A DNA stretch of 64,000 nt from assembly GCA_965250155.1 (NCBI GenBank), contig OZ252291.1, forward strand, positions 2,125,669 to 2,189,668, given 5' to 3'. Below the pieces are notes generated by a model that worked only from the letters and a program-made list of their open reading frames with translations, did not search any database and was not told the origin of the DNA. Positions within the stretch are counted from its first letter, which is position 1, and each line of letters starts with the position of its first letter. The position numbers and the translations under genes are program-made. The DNA comes from Gemmatimonadales bacterium (GTDB lineage: Bacteria; Gemmatimonadota; Gemmatimonadetes; Gemmatimonadales; GWC2-71-9). Below are positions 26,847 through 36,904 of the stretch, one piece after another.

Positions 26847-27756
26847 GCCGACCGTCCTCGTGCTGGTTGGACCAACTGCCGTCGGCAAGACCGCGCTCGC
26901 CGCCGCGCTCGCCGATCACTGGCCAGTTACCGTCATCTCGGCCGATTCGCGACAAGTATATCGTCGTCTGGACATAGGGACGGGAAAACCTACGGCCGAC
27001 GTGTTACGGTGTGTCCCGCACATCGGGTTGGATATGGTCGACCCCGGCGAACGCTACAGCGCGGGGCAGTACGCGCGCGACGCGACGCGATGGTTGACGG
27101 AGATCGCTCCTTCCCGACGACCGATCGTGATCGGCGGAACCGGGTTCTATATTCGGGCGCTCGTTGACGGGTTGTTTCGAGAGCCGCCCATTGACGCGGA
27201 GGTGCGGCAGAAGTTTCGTGCTTGGGCGGCCAACGCAACGGCGCTCGGTGCTTGGGCAGCACGACTCGACCCGGAATACAGTGGAGGGGGCAGGCAACGA
27301 GCCGCCCGAACGGTAGAGGTTGCCCTGCTGACGGGTAGGCCGCTGTCCGTATGGCAACGAGAAGCGAAGGCGGAAGGGGCCATGCGGCCTTGGTACGTCC
27401 GGCTCACAGCTCCGCGGCGTTTCTTACACGCGCGCATCGCAGCACGGGTCCGGGCAATGCTGGAAGCGGGATGGGTGGATGAGGTGCGACAATTGCTTGC
27501 GTCGGGGGTGGCTCCGGACGCCGCCGGCCTGGACGGGGTCGGGTACCGAGAGGTGATATCGCATCTTCAGGGCGCTATTCCCGCCCATCGACTCGCTGAA
27601 GCCATTGCGACGAGCACCCGGCAGTATGCCAAGCGCCAGGAAACTTGGTTTCGTCACCAACTGATAGGACATCCCGTAGTGACGTTGGACGCTACCGATC
27701 CTCCAAACGTTTTGGCGCGGAGGGTCGTCGAATTATGGGAGGACAGAGAAACCTGA
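26833..27756 (+). CDS. miaA: tRNA dimethylallyltransferase
   Basis: GPTAVGKT, SADSRQVY, DIGTGKP, GGTGFY, YAKRQETW. Confidence 0.95.
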   Translation: MGGAKPTVLVLVGPTAVGKTALAAALADHWPVTVISADSRQVYRRLDIGTGKPTADVLRCVPHIGLDMVDPGERYSAGQYARDATRWLTEIAPSRRPIVIGGTGFYIRALVDGLFREPPIDAEVRQKFRAWAANATALGAWAARLDPEYSGGGRQRAARTVEVALLTGRPLSVWQREAKAEGAMRPWYVRLTAPRRFLHARIAARVRAMLEAGWVDEVRQLLASGVAPDAAGLDGVGYREVISHLQGAIPAHRLAEAIATSTRQYAKRQETWFRHQLIGHPVVTLDATDPPNVLARRVVELWEDRET

Positions 27757-28877
27757 TGCGCATTGGGATTACTTGTTATCCCACGTACGGAGGATCCGGT
27801 GCAGTGGCCACCGAGCTGGGGCTCGAATTGGCCCAGCGGGGCCATGAGGTGCACGTCATTGCCTATGCCTCTCCCTTTCGGTTGCCGAGGTTCGCGAAGA
27901 ACGTCTATTTCCACGCCGTCGACGTCAGCGCGACCTATCCCCTCCTGGAGTACTTCCCGTATTCTCTGGCGCTTGCAGTGAAACAGCATGAGGTGGCGCT
28001 GCGTGAGCGGTTGGACGTGCTTCATGTCCACTACGCCGTACCCCATGCAACGGCGGCGTTCCTGGCCCGTGAGATGACCGGCGAGGAGCATCCGCTGAAG
28101 ATCATTACCACCCTGCATGGAACTGACATTACGCTCGTCGGGAAAGAGCAGTCGTTTTTCACCGTCACGAAATTTGCTATTGAGCGCTCGGATGCGGTAA
28201 CTGCGGTGTCGAATTACTTGCGTGACGAAACATATCGCGCGTTTGGATGCGACGAGTGCGGCATCAAGATGATTCACAATTTCGTCGACCTGAACACGTA
28301 CCAACCAGTTGAGGAGCGACCCCACGGCTTTGGCCCGCCAGGTGCCAAGATATTGGTGCACACATCCAACTTCCGGCCTTTGAAGTGCGTGCCGAACGTG
28401 GTGCGGATCTTTCAGCGAGTTCGGGAAGAAGTTCCCGCTGTGCTGGTTCTCGTTGGAGACGGCCCCGAGCGACCCGAAGCAGAGGCCCTGGTCGAACAAC
28501 TGGGGTTGCAGGATCACGTCCTCTTTCTGGGCAAGCTGAACATGGTTGTGGACGTGTTGCAGTCCTGTGATCTGTTTCTCCTGCCGAGCACGTCGGAGTC
28601 GTTCGGATTGGGAGCCCTGGAGGCGATGGCTTGCGGCTTGCCGGTGGTGGCGAGCGACGTGGGTGGCTTGCCGGAGGTGGTGCGCGACGGCGCGACGGGG
28701 GCGCTCCACCCTCCCGACGATCTCGACGGGATGGCTCGCAGTGCCATAGCCCTGCTGGGCAATCAGCAGCGCTGGTCTCGGGCGAGCGAAGCCGCTGTCG
28801 CTCGGGCGAGCGAATTCTCCGCGGATCGCATCGTGCCCCAGTACGAAGCTCTCTACGAAGACGTGGTTCGGGGATGA
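27756..28877 (+). CDS. bshA: N-acetyl-alpha-D-glucosaminyl L-malate synthase
   Basis: MRIGITCYPTYGGSG, HVHYAVPHA, TTLHGTDITLVG, SNFRP, ESFGL. Confidence 0.92.
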   Translation: MRIGITCYPTYGGSGAVATELGLELAQRGHEVHVIAYASPFRLPRFAKNVYFHAVDVSATYPLLEYFPYSLALAVKQHEVALRERLDVLHVHYAVPHATAAFLAREMTGEEHPLKIITTLHGTDITLVGKEQSFFTVTKFAIERSDAVTAVSNYLRDETYRAFGCDECGIKMIHNFVDLNTYQPVEERPHGFGPPGAKILVHTSNFRPLKCVPNVVRIFQRVREEVPAVLVLVGDGPERPEAEALVEQLGLQDHVLFLGKLNMVVDVLQSCDLFLLPSTSESFGLGALEAMACGLPVVASDVGGLPEVVRDGATGALHPPDDLDGMARSAIALLGNQQRWSRASEAAVARASEFSADRIVPQYEALYEDVVRG

Positions 28878-29662
28878 GCTGGTGGGAGGGAATGTTGTTG
28901 GGTGTGGTCCAGGGGTTAACGGAGTTCCTGCCGATATCGAGCTCGGGCCATCTCGTGGTTGTGCAAGCGGCGCTGGGAATCACGACACCCGGTGTTGTGA
29001 TCGAGGTCGTGCTGCACGTCGCGACGTTGCTGGCGGTGGTTATCGTGTACCGGAAGGTGCTTCGGCGGTTGGCCGGTGGCGCAGTCGTGGGGCATCGCAC
29101 CGCTTGGCGGTACATCGCGCTGCTGGCGATCGGCACCGTACCGGCCGCTCTGGCCGGCCTGTTCCTGGAGGAATGGTTCGAGCGGACATTCCAGTCCCTG
29201 TTGCTCGTTGGCCTGAATTTTCTCATCACTGGTACCGTATTGTGGAGCACGCGGGGGAGAGTCCGGCACGCAGACAGACCTTCTCCCAGCACGAAAGGAG
29301 CGTTCGGGATCGGCATGGCTCAGGCACTGGCCATCTTGCCGGGGATATCACGGTCGGGAACAACGGTGGCGGCCGCTCTTTGGTTGGGGGTGGATCCCGT
29401 CCGCGCCGCCGAGTTCTCGTTCCTGCTCGCCGTTCCAGCCATCGCCGGGGCCGCGGTGCTGCAGATTCCCAACCTGTCCGGCGGCTTGGCGTCCGCCGGA
29501 GCGTTGCCGGTTGCCGCAGGTTTCTTAGCAGCGCTGGTTTCGGGCGTCGCGGCAATACGCCTGTTGATCTTTCTCTTGCGGAACAAGGCCTTCCATCGAT
29601 TCGCGCCGTACTGCTGGGGTATCGGCGCCATCACCATCCTGTTCGCGTCGCTGGGAATGTGA
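28874..29662 (+). CDS. uppP: Undecaprenyl-diphosphatase
   Basis: GVVQGLTEFLPISSSGH, PGISRSG, EFSFLL. Confidence 0.95.
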   Translation: MSWWEGMLLGVVQGLTEFLPISSSGHLVVVQAALGITTPGVVIEVVLHVATLLAVVIVYRKVLRRLAGGAVVGHRTAWRYIALLAIGTVPAALAGLFLEEWFERTFQSLLLVGLNFLITGTVLWSTRGRVRHADRPSPSTKGAFGIGMAQALAILPGISRSGTTVAAALWLGVDPVRAAEFSFLLAVPAIAGAAVLQIPNLSGGLASAGALPVAAGFLAALVSGVAAIRLLIFLLRNKAFHRFAPYCWGIGAITILFASLGM

Positions 29663-30399
29663 AGTACGACGGTCTCGACGCTACGGCGTTGTCGGCCCGC
29701 CTGGGAGCCCCGAACTGTGTCGCCCTCGAGCAAGTGACCAGCACGCTCGACATCATCCACCAGCTTGCCGAGGAAGGGGCGCCACGTGGAACGCTGGTGC
29801 TGGCGGATGAGCAGGTGAAGGGCAGGGGCCGGCAGAGTCGTCACTGGCACAGCCCCAGGGGATCCGGGGTTTGGCTGGGTAGTCTCCTGCGTCCTGCCGC
29901 GCCGGTAGAGGGTGGAGTGTTGGCGATTCGCGCTGGAATTTGCCTGGTGCGGGCGCTCGCAGATCTCGATGTCGTGGCGAAGCTCAAATGGCCCAATGAC
30001 ATAATGGTTCACGACCGCAAGCTGGCGGGTATCCTGTGCGAGGCCCGATGGAGCGGACAGCAAGTGTTGTGGGTGGCGTTGGGTATTGGAATCAACGTGC
30101 ACGGTTCTCTCCCCAGGGAGATTGCGGATCGAGCAATCGCGCTGGACGAGGTCCTACCCGGTATCGGCCGGCTCAAAGTGTTGGATGCGCTGATGCCGTG
30201 GCTGCGTGAACTGGCCGATCGGCCGACGCTGGGCGAACAGGAGTGCTTCGAGTTTGGGCGGTGTGACTGGCTTGCCGGCCGGCCCGTGCTCGAGCCGGTT
30301 GCTGGTACCGCACGGGGGATCGATTGTGACGGAGCGCTCTTGGTCGAGACGTTGGAGGGCATCGAACGGGTGGTGGGAGGAACCATTGTCAGCGCGTGA
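29659..30399 (+). CDS. birA: Biotin-[acetyl-CoA-carboxylase] ligase (no HTH)
   Basis: Q-KGRGR-SR-W-SP, LKWPNDI, KLAGIL-E. Confidence 0.92.
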   Translation: MKYDGLDATALSARLGAPNCVALEQVTSTLDIIHQLAEEGAPRGTLVLADEQVKGRGRQSRHWHSPRGSGVWLGSLLRPAAPVEGGVLAIRAGICLVRALADLDVVAKLKWPNDIMVHDRKLAGILCEARWSGQQVLWVALGIGINVHGSLPREIADRAIALDEVLPGIGRLKVLDALMPWLRELADRPTLGEQECFEFGRCDWLAGRPVLEPVAGTARGIDCDGALLVETLEGIERVVGGTIVSA

Positions 30400-31357
30400 T
30401 CTTCCGGTGTGGTCGCGCGGCGTAGCCTTTTTGCTCGTGTTGATCGCCGCGTGGTATGTACCGCGTTCAGATTCGCTGGCCACCCTCGCGGGTTATTCGG
30501 CGCCGGAACTCGGCGCCGGCGTGGTGGCCGCTTCCCTGCTGCTGGGCATGCGGCTGCCCCTCGATTTGTGGCCGCAACAACCTGAGCGAGAGCGATTCTC
30601 GCTGCCGTTCGCCTTGCTGCTCGCGGTTGTGATGGGTGGACTGATCGTGATGTCGCGATCGAGCGGCATCCCGGGTTCCCTCGCCGAGTCCGATCGTGGG
30701 CTCTTGGTAGCGATCGTAGTTGGTGGTACCGCATGGGCCCTCGGATGGGGTAAGATTCGGCAGCGAGCCTTTCTGGGATGGTTCGGCGTCGCTGCGGCCG
30801 TTGGATTGGCGCCACTGATCGCGAAGATCATCGCGGCGGCTCTGGAGCAAGAGGGACTGCCACCACTGGAGTTGGGAACGTTCTTCCAGGTCGGTGCTTT
30901 TTTCCTGGTCGCCGGCACCGCTGGAGCGCTCGTGACGCAGGAACTCGCTTTTCGCCGTGTGATGATCGGGCAGGCGGGAGATGCAGGATTGGCCCTCGTG
31001 CTGATCTCAGCATTAGCGTTTGGGGCATGGCTTGCGGTGGCGCCCGATCCGCCGGGCGGTGCACTTCAGGCCGCGACCTGGGGCACCCTGCAGGGAGTGG
31101 TGCTCGGCTCACTCTATGCGTTGTCCCGCTCGCTGCTGGTTCCGGCCCTGTATCACGGAGTCTCCACCGCCGGGTCGCGGGCGTTCGATCTCGCATCCGT
31201 GCCGGTGGAAGGGACGATGTCCTTCAACGACCACGTGATGGCAAGGAGGGTGGCGACTGGGATCGTGGCTGCCATGTTAGCCTATCGAGTGAGCCGGCGG
31301 TCGGGATTCATCGGTCTCCTCAAACGACGACACGCGACAGATGCTGCTAGCGATTGA
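30386..31357 (+). CDS. Multi-pass membrane protein, CPBP/CAAX protease-like (degenerate)
   Basis: Many TM helices; TQELAFRR and SLLVPALYHG resemble CPBP motifs. Confidence 0.6.
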   Translation: MSARDLPVWSRGVAFLLVLIAAWYVPRSDSLATLAGYSAPELGAGVVAASLLLGMRLPLDLWPQQPERERFSLPFALLLAVVMGGLIVMSRSSGIPGSLAESDRGLLVAIVVGGTAWALGWGKIRQRAFLGWFGVAAAVGLAPLIAKIIAAALEQEGLPPLELGTFFQVGAFFLVAGTAGALVTQELAFRRVMIGQAGDAGLALVLISALAFGAWLAVAPDPPGGALQAATWGTLQGVVLGSLYALSRSLLVPALYHGVSTAGSRAFDLASVPVEGTMSFNDHVMARRVATGIVAAMLAYRVSRRSGFIGLLKRRHATDAASD

Positions 31358-32120
31358 CATCGGAAACTCCGAGATCACCCTAGGGTTGTTTTCCGCTGAC
31401 CGAGCTGTGACACAGTGGCGGATGACAACCGTCACGCTGCGCACGCCCGACGAATGGATGAGCACGCTGACGGCGTACTTGGTGCAAGCCGGACATTCTC
31501 CAAACGAAGTGCGTGCTGTCATCTGTGCTTCGGTGGCTCCGGCGGTGACACAGGCCCTCATGGAAGGGGTGGAGAAGGCGGTGGGGATCGCACCGGTGTT
31601 GGTCGGCCCCGAATCCGAACTTCCCATCGAGCTGGACGTGGAAGAGCCGATGACGGTGGGCGCGGATCGGGTGGTCAATACACTGGCGGCCTCTCAATTG
31701 TATCACCGGGACACGATCGTTGTGGATTTTGGGACGGCGACCACGTTCGACTGTATCACCGCCGACGGTCGGTTCATCGGAGGGGTCATCGCTCCGGGCA
31801 TCCGAACCGCCGCCGGTGATCTCGCCCGCAAGACCGCCAAGTTGCCTGCCACCGAGCTCACCCCTCCGCCCAGAGTCATTGGGCGGCGGACCGAAGACTG
31901 CGTTCGTGCTGGAGTGCTGTTCGGCGGCGCGGATGCCACCGATGGACTGGTGAGACGTATCAAGGCCGAGTGGCCGAACAAGTCGGTGCCCTTTGTCGTC
32001 GCGACCGGAGGTTTGGCCCCTCGCATGGCCCAGCTGTCTGAGGAGATCGACGAGATCGAGCCAGGCCTCACCTTGATCGGGTTGCGGATTGCGGCGGGTT
32101 ACCTGGGACTGAAGTGGTAA
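31341..32120 (+). CDS. coaX: Type III pantothenate kinase
   Basis: LLAIDIGNS, VGADR, VVDFGTATT, GGVIAPG, ATGG. Confidence 0.95.
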   Translation: MLLAIDIGNSEITLGLFSADRAVTQWRMTTVTLRTPDEWMSTLTAYLVQAGHSPNEVRAVICASVAPAVTQALMEGVEKAVGIAPVLVGPESELPIELDVEEPMTVGADRVVNTLAASQLYHRDTIVVDFGTATTFDCITADGRFIGGVIAPGIRTAAGDLARKTAKLPATELTPPPRVIGRRTEDCVRAGVLFGGADATDGLVRRIKAEWPNKSVPFVVATGGLAPRMAQLSEEIDEIEPGLTLIGLRIAAGYLGLKW

Positions 32121-32130
32121 CGCCGGGCCA

Positions 32131-32159
32131 TTGAATTGAAGGCCGCCCGGCGCTAACTT
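32131..32159 (+). promoter_or_regulatory. Sigma70-type promoter
   Basis: TTGAAT-N17-TAACTT upstream of the ATG at 32192. Confidence 0.6.
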
Positions 32160-32191
32160 GCGGCGGCTCGGAGCGACTGGAGACATCAGAG

Positions 32192-32806
32192 ATGACATCT
32201 GTCGGAGAATCAACAGCGGTTGCAGACTCGGACTGGCGAACGATTGTTCGCGCCGGGGTGCAGCTTGGGGTCGTTACCGCGGTAGGCATCGCGGTTTTTG
32301 CGCTCTTGTCTCGCGGGATGGTCGGCACTACAGAGATCATTGTGCAATCGGTGTTGGTTTTGGTAGGCGGGGCCGTCTTTGCCTACGTCCCGTCGATGCT
32401 GCTTCGTCCACGGGACACGGACGGCATCGCTTGGGCTGCGATGATCGGGCTGCTCGGTGCGCTGGTGTTCACAGTCATCGACACCGGGCTCTTGCGTCCC
32501 GTGAACCTGTACCATTGGACCTGGGACGCCATTGGCGGCGGCAGTGGTTTTTGGTACATCCCGGTGTGGTGGATGGGAGCGGTGTTCTTGGCGTGGTTCG
32601 GCGCGTGGGTGGTAGCAGCGAGTTCGCGCCACACGGAAGCCGGCATCCTGGCCATCGCGGGGCAGAGCGTGGGGATTGGGGTGGTGCTGGGTGGGATCTT
32701 GATGGCGACCGGTGTCGTGCCCTTCCATAGCACTGGATTCGCACTGGCGTTCGCGGTCGGGTTGCTGTTGCATGTTCCTCTCGCCGGAGTGATGCACAAG
32801 GGGTGA
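32192..32806 (+). CDS. Hypothetical membrane protein
   Basis: About 6 TM helices; YHWTWDAIGGGSGFWYIPVWW motif. Confidence 0.75.
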   Translation: MTSVGESTAVADSDWRTIVRAGVQLGVVTAVGIAVFALLSRGMVGTTEIIVQSVLVLVGGAVFAYVPSMLLRPRDTDGIAWAAMIGLLGALVFTVIDTGLLRPVNLYHWTWDAIGGGSGFWYIPVWWMGAVFLAWFGAWVVAASSRHTEAGILAIAGQSVGIGVVLGGILMATGVVPFHSTGFALAFAVGLLLHVPLAGVMHKG

Positions 32807-33105
32807 TCTTTGTAACCCGGAGAATCATCAGGTCGGTTGGTTGGCTGCTCACGCCGTTCGCTGCGTGGGCAGTTTCTTTTTTGGGGGCCTGGGCCGGCGC
32901 GCGCATCGGGCGTTTTGTGGAGTCTCCACGATGGGCCTTGGCGTTGCTCATCCTTGGTGCCGCCGTGGGGGCGTTCGCCGGCGCCGGTGCCTGGGTGTGG
33001 GGATTGCGACGGGCTTGGCACAGCGCGCTGCGACTCAAGCGAGAGCGGTTGATGCGTGAGAGGGCCGAGAGGAGAGAAAGTGAAGGGGATGCGGGAGTGG
33101 AATAA
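32803..33105 (+). CDS. Hypothetical small membrane protein
   Basis: GTGA coupling, two TM helices. Confidence 0.6.
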   Translation: MIFVTRRIIRSVGWLLTPFAAWAVSFLGAWAGARIGRFVESPRWALALLILGAAVGAFAGAGAWVWGLRRAWHSALRLKRERLMRERAERRESEGDAGVE

Positions 33106-33170
33106 GTCTGGCTTCGCTGCGTACGGGCGGTATTTTCTTTATCTCATCCTTCACATTCGAGAAAAATGCC

Positions 33171-33994
33171 ATGTGCGTACTCAGATTCGTGGTCGCGACG
33201 CTGGTGGCGGTCACGCCGGGGCTCGTCGCGCAGAACGCGCAATTCGAAACCACCAAGATCGCGGACGGCGTCTACCAATTTCGCTGGGAGTCGCACAACA
33301 GCCTGTTCGTTGTCACTTCCGATGGGGTTGTGGTGATCGACCCTATCTCGACGGATGCGGCTCGACAGCTGGCATCTGAGATTCGCAGCGCGGCACCGGG
33401 CGCTACACTCCGGGCCATCGTGTACAGCCACGACCACGACGACCACGCCACCGGCGCGAGGGTGCTGCGAGAGGAATTCGGCGGGTCCATACCGGTGTTT
33501 GCTCATGAGAACGCGTGCCCCAAGATCGCCGCCGCCGCGAGCGCCGAGCTACCACCGCCGGATGTCACTTTTTCGCAGCAGCTCACCTTGCATTTTGGCG
33601 GATGGAGGCTGGAGTTGCATTACCTGGGCAAGAGCCACAGCGACAACATGGTGGTGGCGTTGCTCCCGGACGCCCGGGTCGCGTTGGATATCGCTCCCTT
33701 CCGGACTACCATTTCCCCGAGTTCTTCCAAACGCTAGACCGGCTGCGGTCACTCGACTTTGACACAGTCGTGTTCGGTCACGGCCCACCAGGAGATCGCG
33801 CGTCGATCAATCGTCAGATACGCTACTACACGGATCTTCGACGAGCCCTGACCGAGGCCGTCGGCCAAGGTCTCTCGGAGGATGAGGCGGCGGCTCGCGT
33901 CCGGTTGCCGGTGTATCGTGATTGGGATGCCTATGGCGACTGGTTCGAGCTGAACGTGCGCGCGATCTACCGTTGGCTGGTGTCCTCGGGATGA
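33171..33994 (+). pseudogene. Secreted MBL-fold metallo-hydrolase, frameshifted near 33685
   Basis: YSHDHDDH, GKSHSD in one frame; VGYRSLPD..VFGHG in another; the metal-binding Asp segment is missing at the junction. Confidence 0.8.
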
Positions 33995-34617
33995 TTGCTC
34001 GACGCCTTCCTCTGTTGCTCGTTGGTGTGATGCTGGGCGCCATGATGATGTGGTCCGGCGGAGCGTCGGCTCAAACGCCGACGCGCGACGCAGCGACACC
34101 ACTGAAAACCGCGGCAGCCAGGACGATGGATCCGCCGGTGATCGACGGCATCCCGGATGAGGACGTATGGCAAGCGGCAGCGGTGATTTCTGGTTTTGTG
34201 CAGAACGAACCGTTTGAGGGTCGTGCGGAGACCGAGCGGACGGAAGTGAGGATTTTGTATGACGATAATGCCGTGTATGTGGCGGCGTGGATGTTCGACG
34301 CCGATCCGTCTGCGATCGTGCTCGGCGAGACGCGACGTGACGCCGACCTCTCGGATACGGATGCGTTGCTGATCGTGCTGGATACCTATCTCGATCGTCA
34401 GAGCGGATTTGTATTCGGTACGACACCGGCAGGCATCGAGTACGACGGCCAGGTCATCAAGGAGGAGCAGGGAGGGTTTGGCGGCGGCTTTGGTTCCGGC
34501 GGTCCTCACCAGCAGCGCGGCTCGGGTGGTGGCTTCAACGTCAACTGGGACGGGAGTTGGGATGTGGCGACCTCCCGCGACGGCGGAGGCTGGTACGCAG
34601 AGTTCCGTATTCCTTTA
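33991..34617 (+). pseudogene. CBM9/DUF5916-type secreted protein, N-terminal fragment
   Basis: PVIDG..DE.VW, RTEVRILYDD, LDTYLDRQSGFVF, WDGSW..AT....GWYAEFRIP, then truncated. Confidence 0.75.
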
Positions 34618-34963
34618 ATATCTCAACGCTCAAGGCATCCCTCGAGATGTTCGAGGAGGTGGGGATGGAGGCGTTGCGGCGCAAGTCGGTGGCGCTCACA
34701 GGATACCTGGAAACGCTGCTGCACGGGCTGGCGTCGGACAGGTTAGAAATCATCACTCCGGGAGACCGTGAAGCCCGCGGTTGCTGGCTGTCGCTCCGTG
34801 TCCGGAACGGGGCGCAGAAAGTGTTCATAAGCTCGCCGACCGCGGTGTCGTGGTAGACTTTCGCGAACCCGACGTAATCCGGGCGGCGCCGGTTCCTCTG
34901 TACAACACCTTTGAGGATGTGTTGGTGTTCGTGGATGAATTGAAAAGGGCGCTGATTGGGTAG
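34618..34963 (+). pseudogene. kynU: Kynureninase C-terminal fragment with frameshift
   Basis: LKASLEMFEEVGMEALRRKSVALTGYLE..IITP..RGC-LS and GVVVDFREPDVIRAAPVPLYNTFEDV. Confidence 0.85.
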
Positions 34964-34967
34964 AACG

Positions 34968-35218
34968 ATGCGTCTGGGAACTGTCGTGTTGAGGTCTTTG
35001 ATATTGAAGAGGTTACTCGACGTTCTAAACGCTCACACGACCTCTTTGCTTCGTCTGACCTCGAGACACACGGCGCGTGCTTGCGGTACGACATGGCAAT
35101 CCTGGAAGGACTCGTGCTGAGACACGTTCCCCCGGGAGCATACGAGCTCATTGCGCTGCCGTTGAGATTGGTTGGCTTCGACGCCAGTCCCGTGAGAGCC
35201 GTATTGAGGGAGTTATAG
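34968..35218 (+). pseudogene. kynB: Kynurenine formamidase (cyclase family) remnant (not in ORF track)
   Basis: [53 protein letters not shown] ending at 35218. Confidence 0.85.
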
Positions 35219-35545
35219 GTTCTTGGGTTTGGGTTGTGGGGTCATTCCCGAAACGGCACGCAATCCTTTCTTGCGCCAATAGAGGGCGAGTCCGTACCAT
35301 GAGAGGTCCGGCGGCGCCCCAAGCTCATACGCTCCCACCTGTTCCTCGCTCAACACCTCCCTGAGATGCGCCAGCACCCGCTCGCCGAACCGGGCGGCCC
35401 GGGCCGCGTCGTCGCCCTCTTCGAGCAGTGATTTCCGCACGCGAGCACTCCAGGCGATCAATCGTTCCTCGAGGAGTGCTGCGTGGTGTTCCACGTCTGT
35501 GGCAGGCCCGAAGTGCGTCACGAACAGCCGCTCGGGCCGCCACAC
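35213..35545 (-). pseudogene. MBL-fold hydrolase C-terminal fragment
   Basis: WRPERLFVTHFGP...LSWYGLALYWRKK. Confidence 0.7.
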
Positions 35546-35640
35546 AGTCGCGGAATTCGGCGCCCCAGGTTTCCCGCTGGAGTTCGACGCAGGCCCGGTA
35601 ATCGTCGATGGTTTCGAAGAGGCAGATGGGACAGTAGGGA
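35545..35640 (-). pseudogene. N-terminal fragment of a COG3375-like GNAT paralogous to 55-924
   Basis: FETIDDYRACVELQRETWGAEFRDCV versus FETRNDYEQCVKLQLDTWGHDFTECV. Confidence 0.7.
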
Positions 35641-35713
35641 AGCTGGGGACCGCGGGATATGCCCCCACGGCCGCCGTGTTTCGTAGATTGTATGAAATGG
35701 CGCCGAAGAGGAT

Positions 35714-36291
35714 ATGTGGCGGTGGCGGCGGTCAGCCGGGCACCCTGTCTCTCGACAAGACCTCGTTGGAGGGGACGAAGCGGGTCCACGCGTTCGCGAA
35801 CCGCACGCCCGGGGGCAGGCGGTCTACGAAGCCCCAGGAGCGGCAGTTTTCACGGCGGAATTCGAGCTCGATGCCCCTAAGGTGCTCGAGTTCATAGGTG
35901 AGGGGCCGCTCGGCTACGAGCACGCGATGCAGCGTGCCGTGAAGCGGATGTTGGTGGTTCCCGGAGAGGATATTCTCGGCGACGGTGTGTTGCTCGAACT
36001 CCACGGATTCATCGTCGAGTTGATCGAGCCCAAAACGCCGGCCAGCGGTGGAACGGTCACCGTCACGGCTCGAGTGCGGCTGCTTTGCGGTTGTCCGCCC
36101 GGGGGGGCTCTGGGACGCCGACGGGAAGTGTCAAGGCGCGGCTGTATGAAGGGACTCGGGTCATACGGGAGGCTATCTTGGAGTATGCCGGGGAGCCAAA
36201 CATGTTCACCGGTGCTATATCTCTCCAGGATGCAGGCCCGAACGCCAGGCTGGTGGTGCTCGCCAACGACGCGGGGCGAATTTTGGGATGA
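35714..36291 (+). pseudogene. Degraded conserved hypothetical protein with CGCP motif
   Basis: VVPGEDILGDGVLLELHGFIV...RLLCGCP, then frame change to VKARLYEG...YAGEPNMFTG; 5' end missing. Confidence 0.6.
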
Positions 36292-36428
36292 ATATGGGTG
36301 CGAGGGTAGGGAGTCGGCCCTGAAGTCGTGAATACCTGGGGTGTGCGCTTCGTCACTACTTCATTGGTTCGATTGTTGTACCCTCTCAGGCATCCGTGCT
36401 CGCTTCTCATCTTTACAGGGGGTTCGCT

Positions 36429-36818
36429 ATGAGATCGGCACTGTCTTGGATCCCGATGGTCGTGATCGGACTCGCCGTGCCAGGCGGAGTTCGGGCTCAG
36501 CTATCCGTCGAGGAATCCGCCATCGCACTCGATGTCATCGATCGTATGCCTGTTGGATCCGACTCCACCTTCGTTGCGAGCGTAGGGCGCGTCTATTGTT
36601 GGACGCTCGTCGCAGGAGCCGAAGGGGAGGTGGCGATCCACCACGTGTGGTTCCAGGGCGATCAGGAGATGGCCGATATTGAGCTTCGCATCGGCGGGTC
36701 TCCGTGGCGCACTTGGAGCAACAAAGCCATTGTGCCGGAGTGGACCGGTGCTTGGCGAGTTGAGGTTCGGGACTCGGCGGGGAACGTGATTGAGACGATT
36801 CGGTTCACCGTCCAGTGA
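36429..36818 (+). CDS. DUF2914 domain secreted protein
   Basis: Signal peptide; VYCWT, IHHVW, WRTWSNK, GAWRVEV. Confidence 0.85.
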   Translation: MRSALSWIPMVVIGLAVPGGVRAQLSVEESAIALDVIDRMPVGSDSTFVASVGRVYCWTLVAGAEGEVAIHHVWFQGDQEMADIELRIGGSPWRTWSNKAIVPEWTGAWRVEVRDSAGNVIETIRFTVQ

Positions 36819-36823
36819 GCAAG

Positions 36824-36904
36824 GAGCGGTGAGCAGGGAGCAGGCCACCCACTGCACCGCCGATGTTTGGTGGAGTAGGCCGGCCCGCTCTCTGCTCACC
36901 GCTC
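36824..36904. terminator. Long inverted repeat between convergent DUF2914 and dcd genes
   Basis: gagcggtgagcagggagc (36824-36841) pairs with gctctctgctcaccgctc (36887-36904), 17 of 18 positions. Confidence 0.6.
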
